Part shown: positions 38,176 through 51,289 of the stretch, piece by piece | Layout of the letters: every line of letters begins with the position of its first letter | Numbering within the stretch: position 1 is the first letter of the stretch | Translations under genes and position numbers: made by a program | Notes under the pieces: generated by a model | The model's database searches: none | What the model saw: the letters and a program-made list of their open reading frames with translations, nothing else | What the model was told of the DNA's origin: nothing | From: Convolutriloba macropyga | Lineage: Eukaryota | Direction of reading: 5' to 3' | Assembly (NCBI RefSeq): GCF_964194025.1 | Contig: NC_134477.1 | Coordinates: 44,826,001 to 44,890,000 of the forward strand | Length of the DNA stretch: 64,000 nt

Positions 38176-38331
38176 TATAGCTCTCAGGGACGTTAACAGT
38201 ATCACAGAGTAATTTTTCCTCCTGAGCATTGGATAACAATCATTTCGGTTGGATTCTTCAACAAGTCAAATCAAGTCACCACTCTTAATCTCGTCGCTGA
38301 GAAAAATCTACTATTTTGATTTAGGTGTTCA

Positions 38332-40844
38332 CCCGGGCTGAGGTGTCAACACTAAAAAACGCAAAATTATGTAAGATTGGCTTGAGCGTAGATCTTACAT
38401 AAATTCAACGCATTCAACGCCAATCTTACATAATTTTGTGTTGAATTTTGGCGTAGATCATAAATATTTAGCGTTGAATTTTAGCGTAGATCTTACATAT
38501 TTAGCGTTGAATTTAGCGTAGATCTTACATAAAATCAACGCATTCAACGCCAATCTTACATATTTTGCGTTGAAATTTGGCGTAGATCTTACATATTTAG
38601 CGTTGAATTTTAGCGTAGATCGTACATATTTAGCGTTGAATTTAGCGTAGATCTTACATAAATTCAACGCATTCAACGCCAATCTTACATAATTTTGTGT
38701 TGAATTTTGGCGTAGATCATAAATATTTAGCGTTGAATTTTAGCGTAGATCTTACATATTTAGCGTTGAATTTAGCGTAGATCTTACATAAAATCAACGC
38801 ATTCAACGCCAATCTTACATATTTTGCGTTGAAATTTGGCGTAGATCTTACATATTTAGCGTTGAATTTTAGCGTAGATCGTACATATTTAGCGTTGAAT
38901 TTAGCGTAGATCTTACATAAATTCAACGCATTCAACGCCAATCTTACATAATTTTGTGTTGAATTTTGGCGTAGATCATAAATATTTAGCGTTGAATTTT
39001 AGCGTAGATCTTACATATTTAGCGTTGAATTTAGCGTAGATCTTACATAAAATCAACGCATTCAACGCCAATCTTACATATTTTGCGTTGAAATTTGGCG
39101 TAGATCTTACATATTTAGCGTTGAATTTTAGCGTAGATCGTACATATTTAGCGTTGAATTTAGCGTAGATCTTACATAAATTCAACGCATTCAACGCCAA
39201 TCTTACATAATTTTGGGTTGAATTTTGGCGTAGATCTTACATATTTAGCGTTGAATTTTAGCGTAGATCTTACATATTTAGCGTTGAATTTAGCGTAGAC
39301 CTTACATAAATTCAACGCATTCAACGCCAATCTTATATAATTTTGCGTTGAATTTTGGCGTAGAGCTTACTTATTTAGCGTTGAATTTTAGCGTAGATCT
39401 TAAATATTTCGCGTTGAATTTAGCGTAGATCTTACATAAATTCAACGCATTCAACGCCATTCTTACATATTTTGCGTTGAAATTTGGCGTAGATCTTGCA
39501 TATTTAGCGTTGAATTGTAGCGTAGATCTTACATATTTAGCGTTGAGTTTAGGGTAGATCTTACATAATTTTAACGCTTTCTACACCAATCTTACATATT
39601 TTGCGTAGAATTTTTGGCTTAGATCCTACAAATTTAAGTTTGAATTTTTTGAATTCCATTTCAGACCACTTTATGATTTCAAAAGTTTTTCAAGTTTTTT
39701 TTCCAAAAGTCAATTTTTTCACTGTTTCGACCCCGATACTTCACAGGTGAGAAAAGCGAAATCAGCAAAAAAACCACTTTTTAGTGCGCTTTTATAGTGC
39801 AAAATCCATTTAAGACCATTTTACGATTTCAAAATTTTCCAAGTTTTTTTTTCAATTTCACTGTTTCGACCCCTATACTCCAAAGGTGAGTAACAAGAAG
39901 TCAGAAAAAATCTTTTTTAGTGCTCTTTTATAGTGCAAAATCCAATTCAGACAATTTGAAGATTTCAAATTTTTCAAGTTTTTTTTTCGAGAAATTAATT
40001 TTTTTACTGTTTCGACCCCTATACTGCGAGAAAAATGAAGTCGCCAAAATTGAGAAAATTGAGTCGCCAATAGTCCCTCTCAATTGAAAAAAATGAAGTC
40101 GCCAAAAACAACCATTTGCTCTGTTACAGTGCGAAAACCATTTCAGACCATTTTAGGAATTCAACTTTTTTTCAAAACTTAAAAAATTTTTTAAATTTTT
40201 CCCAGTACTTCTCACATGATAAATGCGTTGAATACGTTGAAATTACGTAAGATCCCGGCTAAATTTAACGAAAAATATGTAAGATCTAGGCTAAATTCAA
40301 CGAAATATATGCAAGTTCTACGCTAAATTCAATGCATAATATGTAAGGTCTACGTTAAAATCAACGCAAAATATGTAAGATCTACGCTAAATTCAACGCA
40401 AAATATGTAAGATCTACGCTTTATAAGGATTGCGGCTCTTAAGCAAACCAAGGTACGGTGGCGCAATGGAAGAAGAGGCGACAAGTAAACACGAGGTCAG
40501 TGGTTCGAGTCCCATACCCAGAGTTCTACGCGTTGATTTTTTGTAAGATCAACGCTAAATTCAACGCAAAAGTATGTAAGATCTACGCTAAATTCAACGC
40601 TAAATGTGTAAGATCTACGCTAAATTCAACGCTAAATATGTAAGATCAGCGGCAACTAGCGTTGACAAGTTGGAAAATTCACCGCCATTTCTTACATAAT
40701 TTTGCGCTGATTGCGTTGAATTTTGTCTTTAAATTCAAAGCATTCAACGCAAATTTATGTAAGAAAATTGCGGTGAATTTTCCGACTTGTCAACGCTAGT
40801 TGCCGCTGATCTTACATAATTTTGGCCAAACTCCTCGGCCCGGG
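38332..40844. mobile_element. Non-autonomous CMC-type element with expanded subterminal repeats
   Basis: CA|CCCGGGCTGAGG...CCTCGGCCCGGG|CA (TIR, 2-bp TSD). Left arm of ~32-bp GCGTAGATCTTACATATTTAGCGTTGAATT monomers in 259-bp higher-order units (identical ORFs at 38458, 38717, 38976); inverted copies at 40225-40825. Confidence 0.9.
40452..40519 (+). pseudogene. tRNA-like sequence (Pol III A and B boxes), not an intact tRNA
   Basis: TGGCGCAATGG A box, GGTTCGAGTCC B box and a GGTACGG/CCATACC acceptor-like stem. T and anticodon stems do not pair properly. Confidence 0.6.
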
Positions 40845-41898
40845 CAATGTAGATAGATTAACTGTAATTGGACGCCAATAATTTGCAGTATAGCGTAAAA
40901 ATGTGCACCTCTTACGAGGATTGCCATAATAGACATCAACAATAGATGAATTACTCAAATAAGGGCTATACAATAACGATTAGGTGTTTTGGTTTAATTT
41001 CCGTAAGCTAGCGCTGAGTTACGTTAAATGAAGTGGTGTGAATGCTTTCCGCGGAAGATTAAATTATTTCAATACTTCATCTGAAACGAAACTTGTTCCA
41101 ATATTGGCATACATCTGAAAACCGCGGACTATATTATCCTAGATTCCAGAGGACGGTGGCAGAAGGGAAGCATGCTTTTGGGCAAGTTCAGGTGGAATAT
41201 GAATACTAATCAACAGCTTGATTGTATCATGAATTTCTCTTTCTGCTACAACAAAGTCGGTACCCTGATCTGTACCACGTTAGGGCCACAAACAACTCCA
41301 TTTGTTAGGAACAACTAAACAAAATTATGGAGTGCCGACAGAACAATGTAAGTTTCCTGGAAAAAAAACCAACTTCATCAGCTATTTCGAGAAGTTCGAG
41401 GAAGCAATTGAGAACACTAAATCCAATTAATGGCGAGTACGGATCAACCCTAATATTTCACTTCTAGCAGTTTGAGACTGAGATACTTCAATGAGATCTT
41501 TGAGATAATGCATGTCTTCGTTGAGCGAATTGGGATCGGTTATGATGCAATTGGCTTTTTGTAACTAGTGGGTATAGAAGAATTTGCAGAATGTGCGCAG
41601 TGCCGGTTGGACTGATTACAACCGAAGAGATATTTGATTGGTCCAAATTAAGTCGAGGTTCAATAGCTGAGTCTTCCTTAGATTATGCGATTAACTATTG
41701 ACTCGTCAAATAGAAAAACTCTATCAAATTGAAACAATAGAGAACGGAGTACTTAGGTGAGCACAAACCTAAATGTGGTATTTGAATCAATGCCGTTGGT
41801 TTTTGTGAGAGTTTCTCAGTGACTAAACAAATCTATGTAGCTTTTTAGGTAAACTTTTTTGAGAAAAACTCTGGCGGCGAAAACTATGGTACCGTTAT

Positions 41899-42428
41899 TG
41901 TCGTCTTCTGAATTTCTGCTAGGCTCAACAGTGAGGGGATTCTGTCGCCAAGAAGATCGATCAAATAAAATAAACCAAAGGTTTTGAATTGTTGAAGCAA
42001 GCGTTACTTTGTTACTCTGCAATTTCCCCTCTTCCACTCTTGTAGGCTGTTGCAAATTAGATTGCCTTGAAATAACTAATTCACAATGGGGCTCGTAATA
42101 TCAAATTTAGTTATATGGATAACGAATGTATGACAATCACTTGCACATCAATGGAAAGGACAAACTCAAAGACAATTTATAATAGTAATTAAACTAATAA
42201 TAACGATATCCGTGGTTCACTTCCCAAATGACTATATCAAAAACGCTCACAGTATCCCAACTGGTCTTGCAATTACAAACTTCCAGAGTTCAATCTAACT
42301 CTCAATCTCTTCCCTGCTTTTCACACTATATTCTAAAGTTTAGTCCCAATAAACCAACTACTTTTTCTCACTTGTGCGAATCCAAACTACTTCTGAAGTT
42401 CTCCCAGAATCTCCAAAGTCTGGCTCGG

Positions 42429-42466
<38 letters not shown>

Positions 42467-44817
42467 CTGTGTCACTTCAATTCATACTCCACCCATACGC
42501 TCTTATCTTAAGCAAACAAACCTTAATCTTTTAAGTAGACATTGCAACTTACACTTGAAGTTATCACATTCTGTAGGAGGGCTTTGTTTGCAATGCAAAC
42601 AAACCAATATCAAATTATGCTCTGTCATTCAACTGCTACCAACCATTGTTCAACTTTCTCCTTATCTTAAGTACACGACCTTTGGACTCTTATGTAAACA
42701 AGTCCACTACACTTTATCTCATATATGCACTTGACATGCCAATCCGTGTTTGCTTAGTAAACATTGAACGGTGCTCTGAAAAGTTCTTATTACTCTATTT
42801 CCGCTATCAAATTAAGTAGCTGCAATCAATCCCTGTCAAAAATTATGTGTTGAATGAATAACTAATCTCAACCCCAAAGCTATGAGCAATCGCCATTCTG
42901 AGCTTTCTCAGCACCTCATGCAAAATCTGCCGAAAAGTCTAATTTTCCTAACAGCCCAAAAATTTGACCTCTAGGGGTCCTCCAAAGGTCACCCGTCCAA
43001 AATGAGGGTTCAAGTTGATAAAACTAATTATTTTCATAGAAAATCTTCTTGTAGTTGCACCTACCCACAAAATTTCACGTCCTAGCTCCCTCTAGAACAC
43101 GAGCAATGACTGCGCACACTTTCCATTGACCTCCCGGATGACTCCAAATTTCAGAGCTCAATATCTCGCGAAGTAGTTGTCAAAGCAACTTTGGGTAAAA
43201 TTTTCTAATAAAAATATGGTGCCACCAATTTGCCTGCAGAGTTTCATGACCAACGGATCAGCCGTTGCCAGTCGTTTGCAATTTGAAAATTTTTAAAGAA
43301 ATCGTGGGTGCCGAAACCCCAAAAATCCGAGTTCGTCAAAACTGACCCGGGTGGTTATTTTTTGCCACTTACTGTCTCAGGTTATCATTTTAATACCATT
43401 TCAAAGTCATTCGGCCGCTCAAAAAGGCCAATTTCCGGTTTTTGGTACTCGTGTCGTCCCGAAGCACCGACTTCCGGTCGCACTCGGAAGTTGAAAATAG
43501 CACCAATCGAAAGCCCTTGAAAAATTACACTAACGCTCCAAAAATAATAAGGCTACTACTAGTACTCCACGAGCAATTTAAATTTTACATTCCGCGACGC
43601 GGGAGTGCGCTAGTTCCGTGCAGGTTGGTGTGGGCTCATATCTGACAATAAAATCGGATTCCTCGTACCCAATTTAGTCTATCCCCCAATTTTCAGGTCA
43701 ATCCAACATGAACTTTTCCAAAAAATACTATTTCAATTTAGGTGCTAATTACATTCCTGTGACAATTACCAATATACTAAAAAATCGCCATTTTACATCC
43801 TAAACTCTTCCCAAGATCATGCAAATACCTTAATTCATACGTGAATGACATAACGACTGATGAATCCTATTATTTCTGACTCAAACGGTCATATTTCACA
43901 GTAAAATAACTAAAAACCTTCAAATCACACTACTTCCGGTGTTAATAGCTTGGTGTCGGGTGGTCGGATTCACCTGCAAATTATACTCGCAATAGAAGAC
44001 CATTAGGGGTTCCTCCCATCATTGAGCAGTTATCAACCAATAACTCCTTCCCATCCCAGGGGTGGTCGGACAACTTTTTACCCAATGGTATTTGGAAAAA
44101 CTGATGACTTGCCTATTCTTATTTAAAAATTCCAATAAATTTCTCCCACAACTTTCTAAACCATTCCCAGGATCACCCAATAAATTACTGCATCAGTACA
44201 TGCTGGTACGACTGCTTTATACCGTTAATTCATCCATAAACTATCGATTTTTTTTACTTATTTATCAAAAAAACTTCGGATAACACCACTTCCCGTGCTA
44301 ATAACTCAGATCGAAAAAATTTAACCGGCCGCACCTCCCTATTATACATGGAAAACCACTAGGAAAACATCTCCACAAATTTTCAGAGTCCAATGACGAA
44401 TATAACTTACAGAGTTGAGGGTACAAGGTTTGGGTATGCCCATTATTTTGCAAATTCGAAATCGCACTTTCTAGTTACTTCAAATTGAAATTCCAATATT
44501 GATCAAAGTATTTAGTTCACTTCAAATCTTCGCTCTCTAGTTTTCTTCTAAATTTAAATCACTCATTTCGTATTTTGGCCTGATGCATAAATACGACTTT
44601 GCTAAGTAATCAAAATATACCGACAGCTTAAACCTGTTTTTGTTTATTAGTTTGTTTGTTTAAGATATATCACTCAACTCCCATCTCTGGCGCCTTCGAA
44701 ACAATAACCGCTTAAGAAAAAACGCTTAAATCAAAGACCTAATTAACCTGTCTAACTTGACCTAAATTATCTAGCTTACTTGCAGTATCCACTCATGAAA
44801 TTTTGTTGTGTTCTACA
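41899..44817 (-). repeat. 3' LTR (2919 bp), contains (CT)n
   Basis: Direct repeat of 47163-50094, preceded on the minus strand by the AGGAGGGAGGAT polypurine tract. Confidence 0.93.
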
Positions 44818-45316
44818 ATCCTCCCTCCTAGATTATTATTCTCCTGAATAATTGCAAGCCGTTATCTTGTAATCCGATTAACTTACTCCTACGTACTTTA
44901 ATAATTGTTGACCTACGGAAGTGAACCAATTTGGTTTAGCTCCGAGTTAATATAAACTAACTGCACTAAAATTTGAATAGCGGTCGATTAAATCCGATTT
45001 GAAAACACTTTCGTTTTTTCACAATTTCTACTTAATACATATTCTACTTAACTCATCAACATTGATTTTTGATCAAACTCTATAGCCTCTGACATACATC
45101 CTCCCCGTGAACCCCAAAATCACTAACGTAAAAAAACCAATATAAATATAGATCTACCAAAACTACCCATTTCCCTAAATCATACTTTTTTTTTGAAAAA
45201 TTTTCTTCCTAAGGTTGTAGTGCTTGATCAATTTGTTTTTATAAAATAGATTAACACAGTGTAGGCAAAAACTGGGTAAAAAGTCTTGAATAACTTAGCT
45301 GTCAACGTCCCTCTCA

Positions 45317-47011
45317 TCATACACTTGTGCACCTGTACATGAAAACCTTCTTCCTCTGATGCTTGAATGGATGTCCACCTCTTCTTCCACTGTAGCTGCA
45401 ATTTCTCCTGTAATCCAGCCATGACTGCTGTCTTGATGCTTCCAAATGGCTCCACTTCTCTTTCCGGCTCAACGATCGGTTCTCCAGCAGCAGCCTTGCA
45501 ATCTTCGGAAATCGTGATGCAATCCTTCTCTCCACTTTCTGCTCAACTTCGATCGAAAACCAGTTAGATTCCTCCCTCCTAGGCTGATGATCGTCATGAA
45601 CCCTACTGTGCAACACTTTAGCCATTGACTTCTGATCAAATTTCCCTGTTCTGTCAATTCCAGCAATTTAACTTTGATGCTCATCCGTTGGTTCGACCGG
45701 AAATCTACCAAATAGCTGAGTTTCATTCAATTGCAATTGCACCCATTCATCCAGCTCTTTTCCCAACTGTGCAAAATTACTTCGGTCATCTGCCACCTTA
45801 TCGTTTTGACCTTTTTGTGTTTTAGATACCAACTGCATATCAATTCCTCCCGAACTTGTGCAATTCTCCAAAGTGTCCGCAGTGCACTCAGTTGTACACA
45901 TTTGTATCTCATCAGCCACGTGTGTTGCATTGCAGAAATTGTGGTCCAAACCTCCTGTCTTTAATTCCATCAAGGCCCAGGCTCCCAACATATCGTTTCT
46001 GCTAGCTTTGACACCACCGCCAAAATTGTGTTACATTTTTGATACTCGCTATTTGTGTTACATTTCCGCATGCAACTGAGTCCAAACTCCCAGCAAAACT
46101 TGTCTCGCTCCTCGCTTCGTTGACATCAACCCCTACATTGGAAAAATCTGTATCCGAAATATCTTCAGACAAATAATCATCATCCGATTTTTCTTCACTT
46201 GGCTCCTCAGAATCCGGTGACAGTATATAATCTTCTTCCATAGCATGATGCTCATCTGGTCCACAAGATTCAACACGACGCTCAACGACTTTCATTTCTG
46301 TCGGAATTTTCCTCAAGCCGTTGTTTTCATATTCGCTTAGCGCTGTTCTAGAAATATCCTGATTTACTTGATCACAAATTTCCTCCGTAAACTCTATCTC
46401 AGTTCCAGTTTTCACTTCCTCGCCGTAACCTGGAATTTTTCCTATACTGTCACTATCAGCAATTCTCGAATCTTCCACTTCTCCAAACAGATTTTCACTG
46501 AAAGCTCCTTTTTTTGATACACCACAGCTGGACCCAATGCCAAACCCTTCAGAACTTTTGCCAGGTTGCCGAAATTTATCCATCAAATAAGTGTCAACGC
46601 TTCTTCTGGTATCAATTATCTGCTTTTGAGAATACTGCTGTTGCGTTCTTTGATCCATAGCATCACTGGTTTCAATGAAATCCGCTTTATTTCCCGCTTT
46701 CCCTCTAACAAAAAAATTGTAGCTTCTCTCATAAAAAGTGGATTTTCAGACAATCGTATGTCAAATTAATACAGAGTCTCTGTCAGTGTCCATTCTTGCT
46801 TCCCTGGAGTCAAACGCCAATAACCTCTTGGTAAATCACTTACTGCATTCGAGGCCCACCCAAACAATTTTGTAGGCAACCACTTCATCATCTCTTCTTC
46901 CGTCCATCCCAGTTTCATGCCAGTGCTCAAATAATGTTTACGCCAATCTTCCCAAACTTTGTAGCCTGGTGAAGGAAAACGCTTCACCAATTGATAACCA
47001 AACATAATCAA
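45317..47011 (-). pseudogene. gag: gag-like coding region (fragmented)
   Basis: WEDWRKHYLSTGMKLGWTEEEMMKWLPTKLFGWA resembles a Ty3/Gypsy capsid N-terminus. Acidic ORF 46658-46002 and further fragments follow. Confidence 0.6.
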
Positions 47012-47143
47012 ACTATTGTTAACCCAAATTGCAAATCTAAGTTAACTTTTGGTGTGCTCTCAGCAGTTTCTTCGACGAAAAATATCGCACGCTCTCCAAA
47101 CAATCAGAAAATAATACACAGCAAAAAGTAACAAAGAAACGAA

Positions 47144-47161
47144 GCCCACCCAGGAGCGCCA
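47144..47161 (-). promoter_or_regulatory. Primer-binding site (tRNA-Asn-like)
   Basis: Minus strand reads TGGCGCTCCTGGGTGGGC 1 nt after the LTR. Its complement GCCCACCCAGGAGCGCCA resembles animal tRNA-Asn 3' ends. Confidence 0.7.
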
Positions 47162-47162
47162 C

Positions 47163-47690
47163 TGTCGTCTTCTGAATTTCTGCTAGGCTCAACAGTGTGG
47201 GGACTCTGTCGCCAAGAAGATCGATCAAATAAAATAAACCAAAGGTTTTGAATTGTTGAAGCAAGCGTTACTTTGTTACTCTGCAATTTCCCCTCTTCCA
47301 CTCTTGTAGGCTGTTGCAAATTAGATTGCCTTGAAATAAGTTAATTTACAATGGGGCTCGTAATATCAATTCTAGTTATATGGATAACGAATGTAAGACA
47401 ATCACTTGCACATCAATGGAAAGGACGAACTCAGAGACAATTTATAATAGAAATTAAAATAATAATAACGATATCCGTGGTTCACTTCCCAAATGACTAT
47501 ATCAAAAACGCTCACAGTATCCCAACTGGTCTTGCAATTACAAACTTCCAGAGTTCAATCTAACTCTCAATCTCTTCCCTGCTTTTCACACTAGATTCTA
47601 AAGTTTAGTCCCAATAAACCAACTACTTTTTCTCACTTGTGCGAATCCAAATTTCTGAAGTTCTCCCAGAATCTCCAAAGTCTGGCTCTG

Positions 47691-47732
<42 letters not shown>

Positions 47733-50094
47733 CTGTGTCACTTCAATTCATACTCCACCCATACGCTCTTATCTTAAGCAAACAAACCTTAATCTTTTAA
47801 GTAAACATTGCAACTTACACTTGAAGTTATCACGTTCTGTAGGAGGGCTTTGTTTGCAATGCAAACAAACCAATATCAAATTATGCTCTGTCATTCAACT
47901 GCTACCAACCATTGTTCAACTTCCTCCTTATCTTAAGTACACGACCTTTGGACTCTTATGTAAAAAAGTCCACTACACTTTATCTCATATATGCACTTGA
48001 CATGCCAATCCGTGTTTGCTTAGTCAACATTGAACGTTGCTCTGAAAAGTTCTTATTACTCTATTTCCGCTATCAAATTAAGTAGCTGCAATCAATCCCA
48101 GTCAAAAATTATGTGTTGAATTAATAACTAATCTCAACCTCAAAGCTAGGAGCAATCGCCATTCTGAGCTTTCTCAACACCTCATGCAATTCCCCAGCGA
48201 AAATCTGCCGAAAAATCTAATTTTCCTCAAAGCCCAAAAATTTGACCTCTAGGGGTCATCCAAAGGTCACCCGTCCAAAATGAGGGGTCAAGATGATAAA
48301 ACTAGTTATTTTCATGGGAAATTCTCTTGTAGTTGCACCTACCCACAGAATTCCATGTCCTAACTCCCACTAGAACACAAGCAATGACCGCACACACTTT
48401 TCATTGACCTCCCGGATGACTCCAAATTTCAGAGCTCAATATCTCGCGAAGTAGAGGTCAAAACAACTTTGGGTAAAATTTTCTAGTAAGTATAGGGTGC
48501 CATCAATTTGCCTGCCAAGTTTCATGACCAACGGATCAGCCGTTGCCAGTCGTTTGCAATTTGAAAATTTTTAAAGAAGTTGTGGGTGCCGAAACCCCAG
48601 AAATCCGAGTTCGTCAAAACTGACCGGGGTGGTTATTTTTTGCCACTAACTGTCTCAAGTTATCACATTAATACCATTTCAAAGTCATTCGGCCGCTCAT
48701 AAAGACCAATTTCCGGTTTTCGGTACTCGGGTCGTCCCGAAGCACCGACTTCCGGTCGCACCCGGAAGTTGAAAATAGCACCAATCGAAAGCCCTTGAAA
48801 AAATACACTAAACCTCCAAAAATAATAAGGCTACTACTAGTACTCCAGGAGCAATTTAAATTTTACATTCCGCAGCGCGGGAGTGCGCTAGTTCCGTGCA
48901 GGTTGGTGTGGGGTCAAATCTGACATTAAAATCAGATTCCTCGTACCCAAATTAGTCTATCCCTCAATTTTCAGGTCAATCAAGCTTGAACTTTTCCAAA
49001 AAATACTATTTCAATTTAGGTGCTAACTACATTCCTGTGACAATTACCAATATACCAAAAAATTGCCATTTTACATCCTAAACTCTTCCCAAGATCATGC
49101 AAATACCTTAATTCATACGTGCATGACATAACTACTGATTAGTCCTATTATTTCTGACTCAAACGGTCATATTTCAAAGTAAAATACCTTAAAACCTTCA
49201 AATCACACTACTTCCGGTGTTAATAGCTTGGTTTCGGGTGGTCGGATTCACCTGCAAAATATACTCGCAATAGAAGACCATTAGGGGTTCCTCCCATCAT
49301 TGTCCAGTTATCAACTAATAACTCCTTCCCATCCCAGGGGGGGGTCGGACAAATTTTTACCCGAAGGGTATTTGGAAAAACTGATAAATTGCCTATTCTT
49401 ATTTAAAAATTCCAAAAAATTTCTCCCACAACTTTCTAAACCTTTCCCAGGATCATTCAATAACCTACTGCATCAGTGCATGCTGGTACGACTGCTTTAT
49501 ACCGTTAATTCATCCATAAAGTATCAATTTTTTTTACTTAAATATCAAAAAACTTCGGATAACACCACTTCCCGTGCTAATAACTCAGATCGAAAAGATT
49601 TAACCGGCCGCACATCCCTATTATACATGGAAAATCACTAGGGGAACATCTCCACAAATTTTCAGAGTGCAATGACGAATATAACTTACAGAAATGAGGG
49701 TACAAGGTTTGGGGATGCCCATTGTTTTGCAAATTCGAAATCGCACTTCTAGTTACTTCAAATTGAAATTCCAATTTTGATCAAAGTATTTAGTTCACTT
49801 CAAATCTTTGCTTTCTAGTTTTCTTCTAAATTTAAATCACTCATTTCGTATTTGGCCTGATGCATAAATACGACTTTGCTATGTAATCAAAATATATCGA
49901 CAGCTTAAACATGCTTTTGTTCATTAGTTCGTTTGTTTAAGATATATCACTCAACTCCCATCTCTGGCGCCTTCGAAACAATAACCCCTTAAGAAAGAAC
50001 GCTTACTTCAAACACCTAATTAACTTGTCTAACTTGACCTAAATTATCTAGCTTACTTGCAGTATCCACTCATGAAATTTTGTCGTGTTCTACA
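47163..50094 (-). repeat. 5' LTR (2932 bp)
   Basis: Direct repeat of 41899-44817 with scattered substitutions. Confidence 0.93.
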
Positions 50095-51289
50095 GTTATC
50101 TTGTTCCGTGCATTAAGCCGCAATTCAAGCAAATACGCTTATATTTTCAACTCCAAGTTTTTGGAGTGTGAAAGAATACCAAAGAACATATGCCGATGGG
50201 TCTTTCCGACACAAAATTGTCAAAAATTGTCTGCGATACCATTATTCAATGTTGAAACAGTTTTTCAATATTTGAAGATACAGTGTAAAGATGACATCGG
50301 AGTCGCAAGGGAACGCAGCTACTTGCCTGGAGCTACTCAAGGCCAGAAAATAAAAAGTTAATTATGTCGTTCAAACAGGTCTCCTTACAGGCTGTGTTCT
50401 GTGTATAAAAGAGGTGTTGTTGTTGTTGACAAAAGTCCCTTTCCATATTGCTTTTAACCTTCAAAGCATCTGAAACCTTATCATAGTATCATTTTTCAAG
50501 TAATCTCACCTGTTCTTTGAGTACATCTCTCACAAGATATAACAATAATGCTAAATTTGTTAATGCCATCAAACATATTATTTGAACAAGAAAAAATTTC
50601 AAATATTTGTTTTCATTTCAGACTGAAAGTTTGAAAAAAATATTGAACTTGACAGGACCAGGCCAATCAAAACTCAACCCAAACGACGAATGAAAAGCTG
50701 ACGATTCTACTCACCGGAAAAGTACTCTATCGGCCGATTGATTAACATGTACGGATTATTTATATTATGGTGAAAATGAAAAGTTGTAGTCATAGAACTT
50801 TCATAAAATTGAGTTCTATGAAGTTTAAATTCTCCGATACTTCACAATAAAGAGAGAAAAGCTACCTTTCAAGAAACTAACTCAAAAAATTTGAATTTTT
50901 GAATTTTAGGCGAGCAAAGAATTGTGAACACTTTGTAGCGGTAGAAAATCATAGATTAAAAATTTATTTTTAAAAGTTTTTTTATCGCTTGAAATGTTCA
51001 ATGCAATCCCTAAATTAATCAATGATAAGAATTTTCAACAAGATGCATCAAATCCAGCAAATAAGAACTTCACAGGTCAGCTTTGGTTCAATACTTTCTT
51101 CAATTAAATGTAGTAAACTCTTCCTTAAAAAGACCCTATTGTTTTGACATAATGTTTTTGGTGTGGAATTAGACAATTTTTCAATACAACATGTGTCTTT
51201 AGCTGATATGAAGGCAACAATTATCTCATTAAAAAAAGGAAAAACCACATCTCACTGTTTGAACGTTAGAAATCTCACTGTTTGAACGT

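Larger units (their letters stand above)
41899..50094 (-). mobile_element. Complete non-autonomous LTR retroelement with ~2.9-kb LTRs and a gag-only interior
   Basis: GTTAT TSD at 41894-41898 and 50095-50099, TG...CA LTRs, PBS at 47144-47161, PPT at ~44820-44832, no pol motifs. Confidence 0.93.

Noticed and set aside
38385-39640. ~32-bp repeats as a CRISPR array
   Set aside because: No unique spacers, no cas genes, eukaryotic context. They are subterminal repeats of a TIR element.
42228-42734. 168-aa ORF in the LTR
   Set aside because: Runs through the (CT)n microsatellite and is interrupted in the second LTR copy.
46060-46095. LDSVA as a retroviral protease motif
   Set aside because: Lacks the D(S/T)G glycine and the hydrophobic context.
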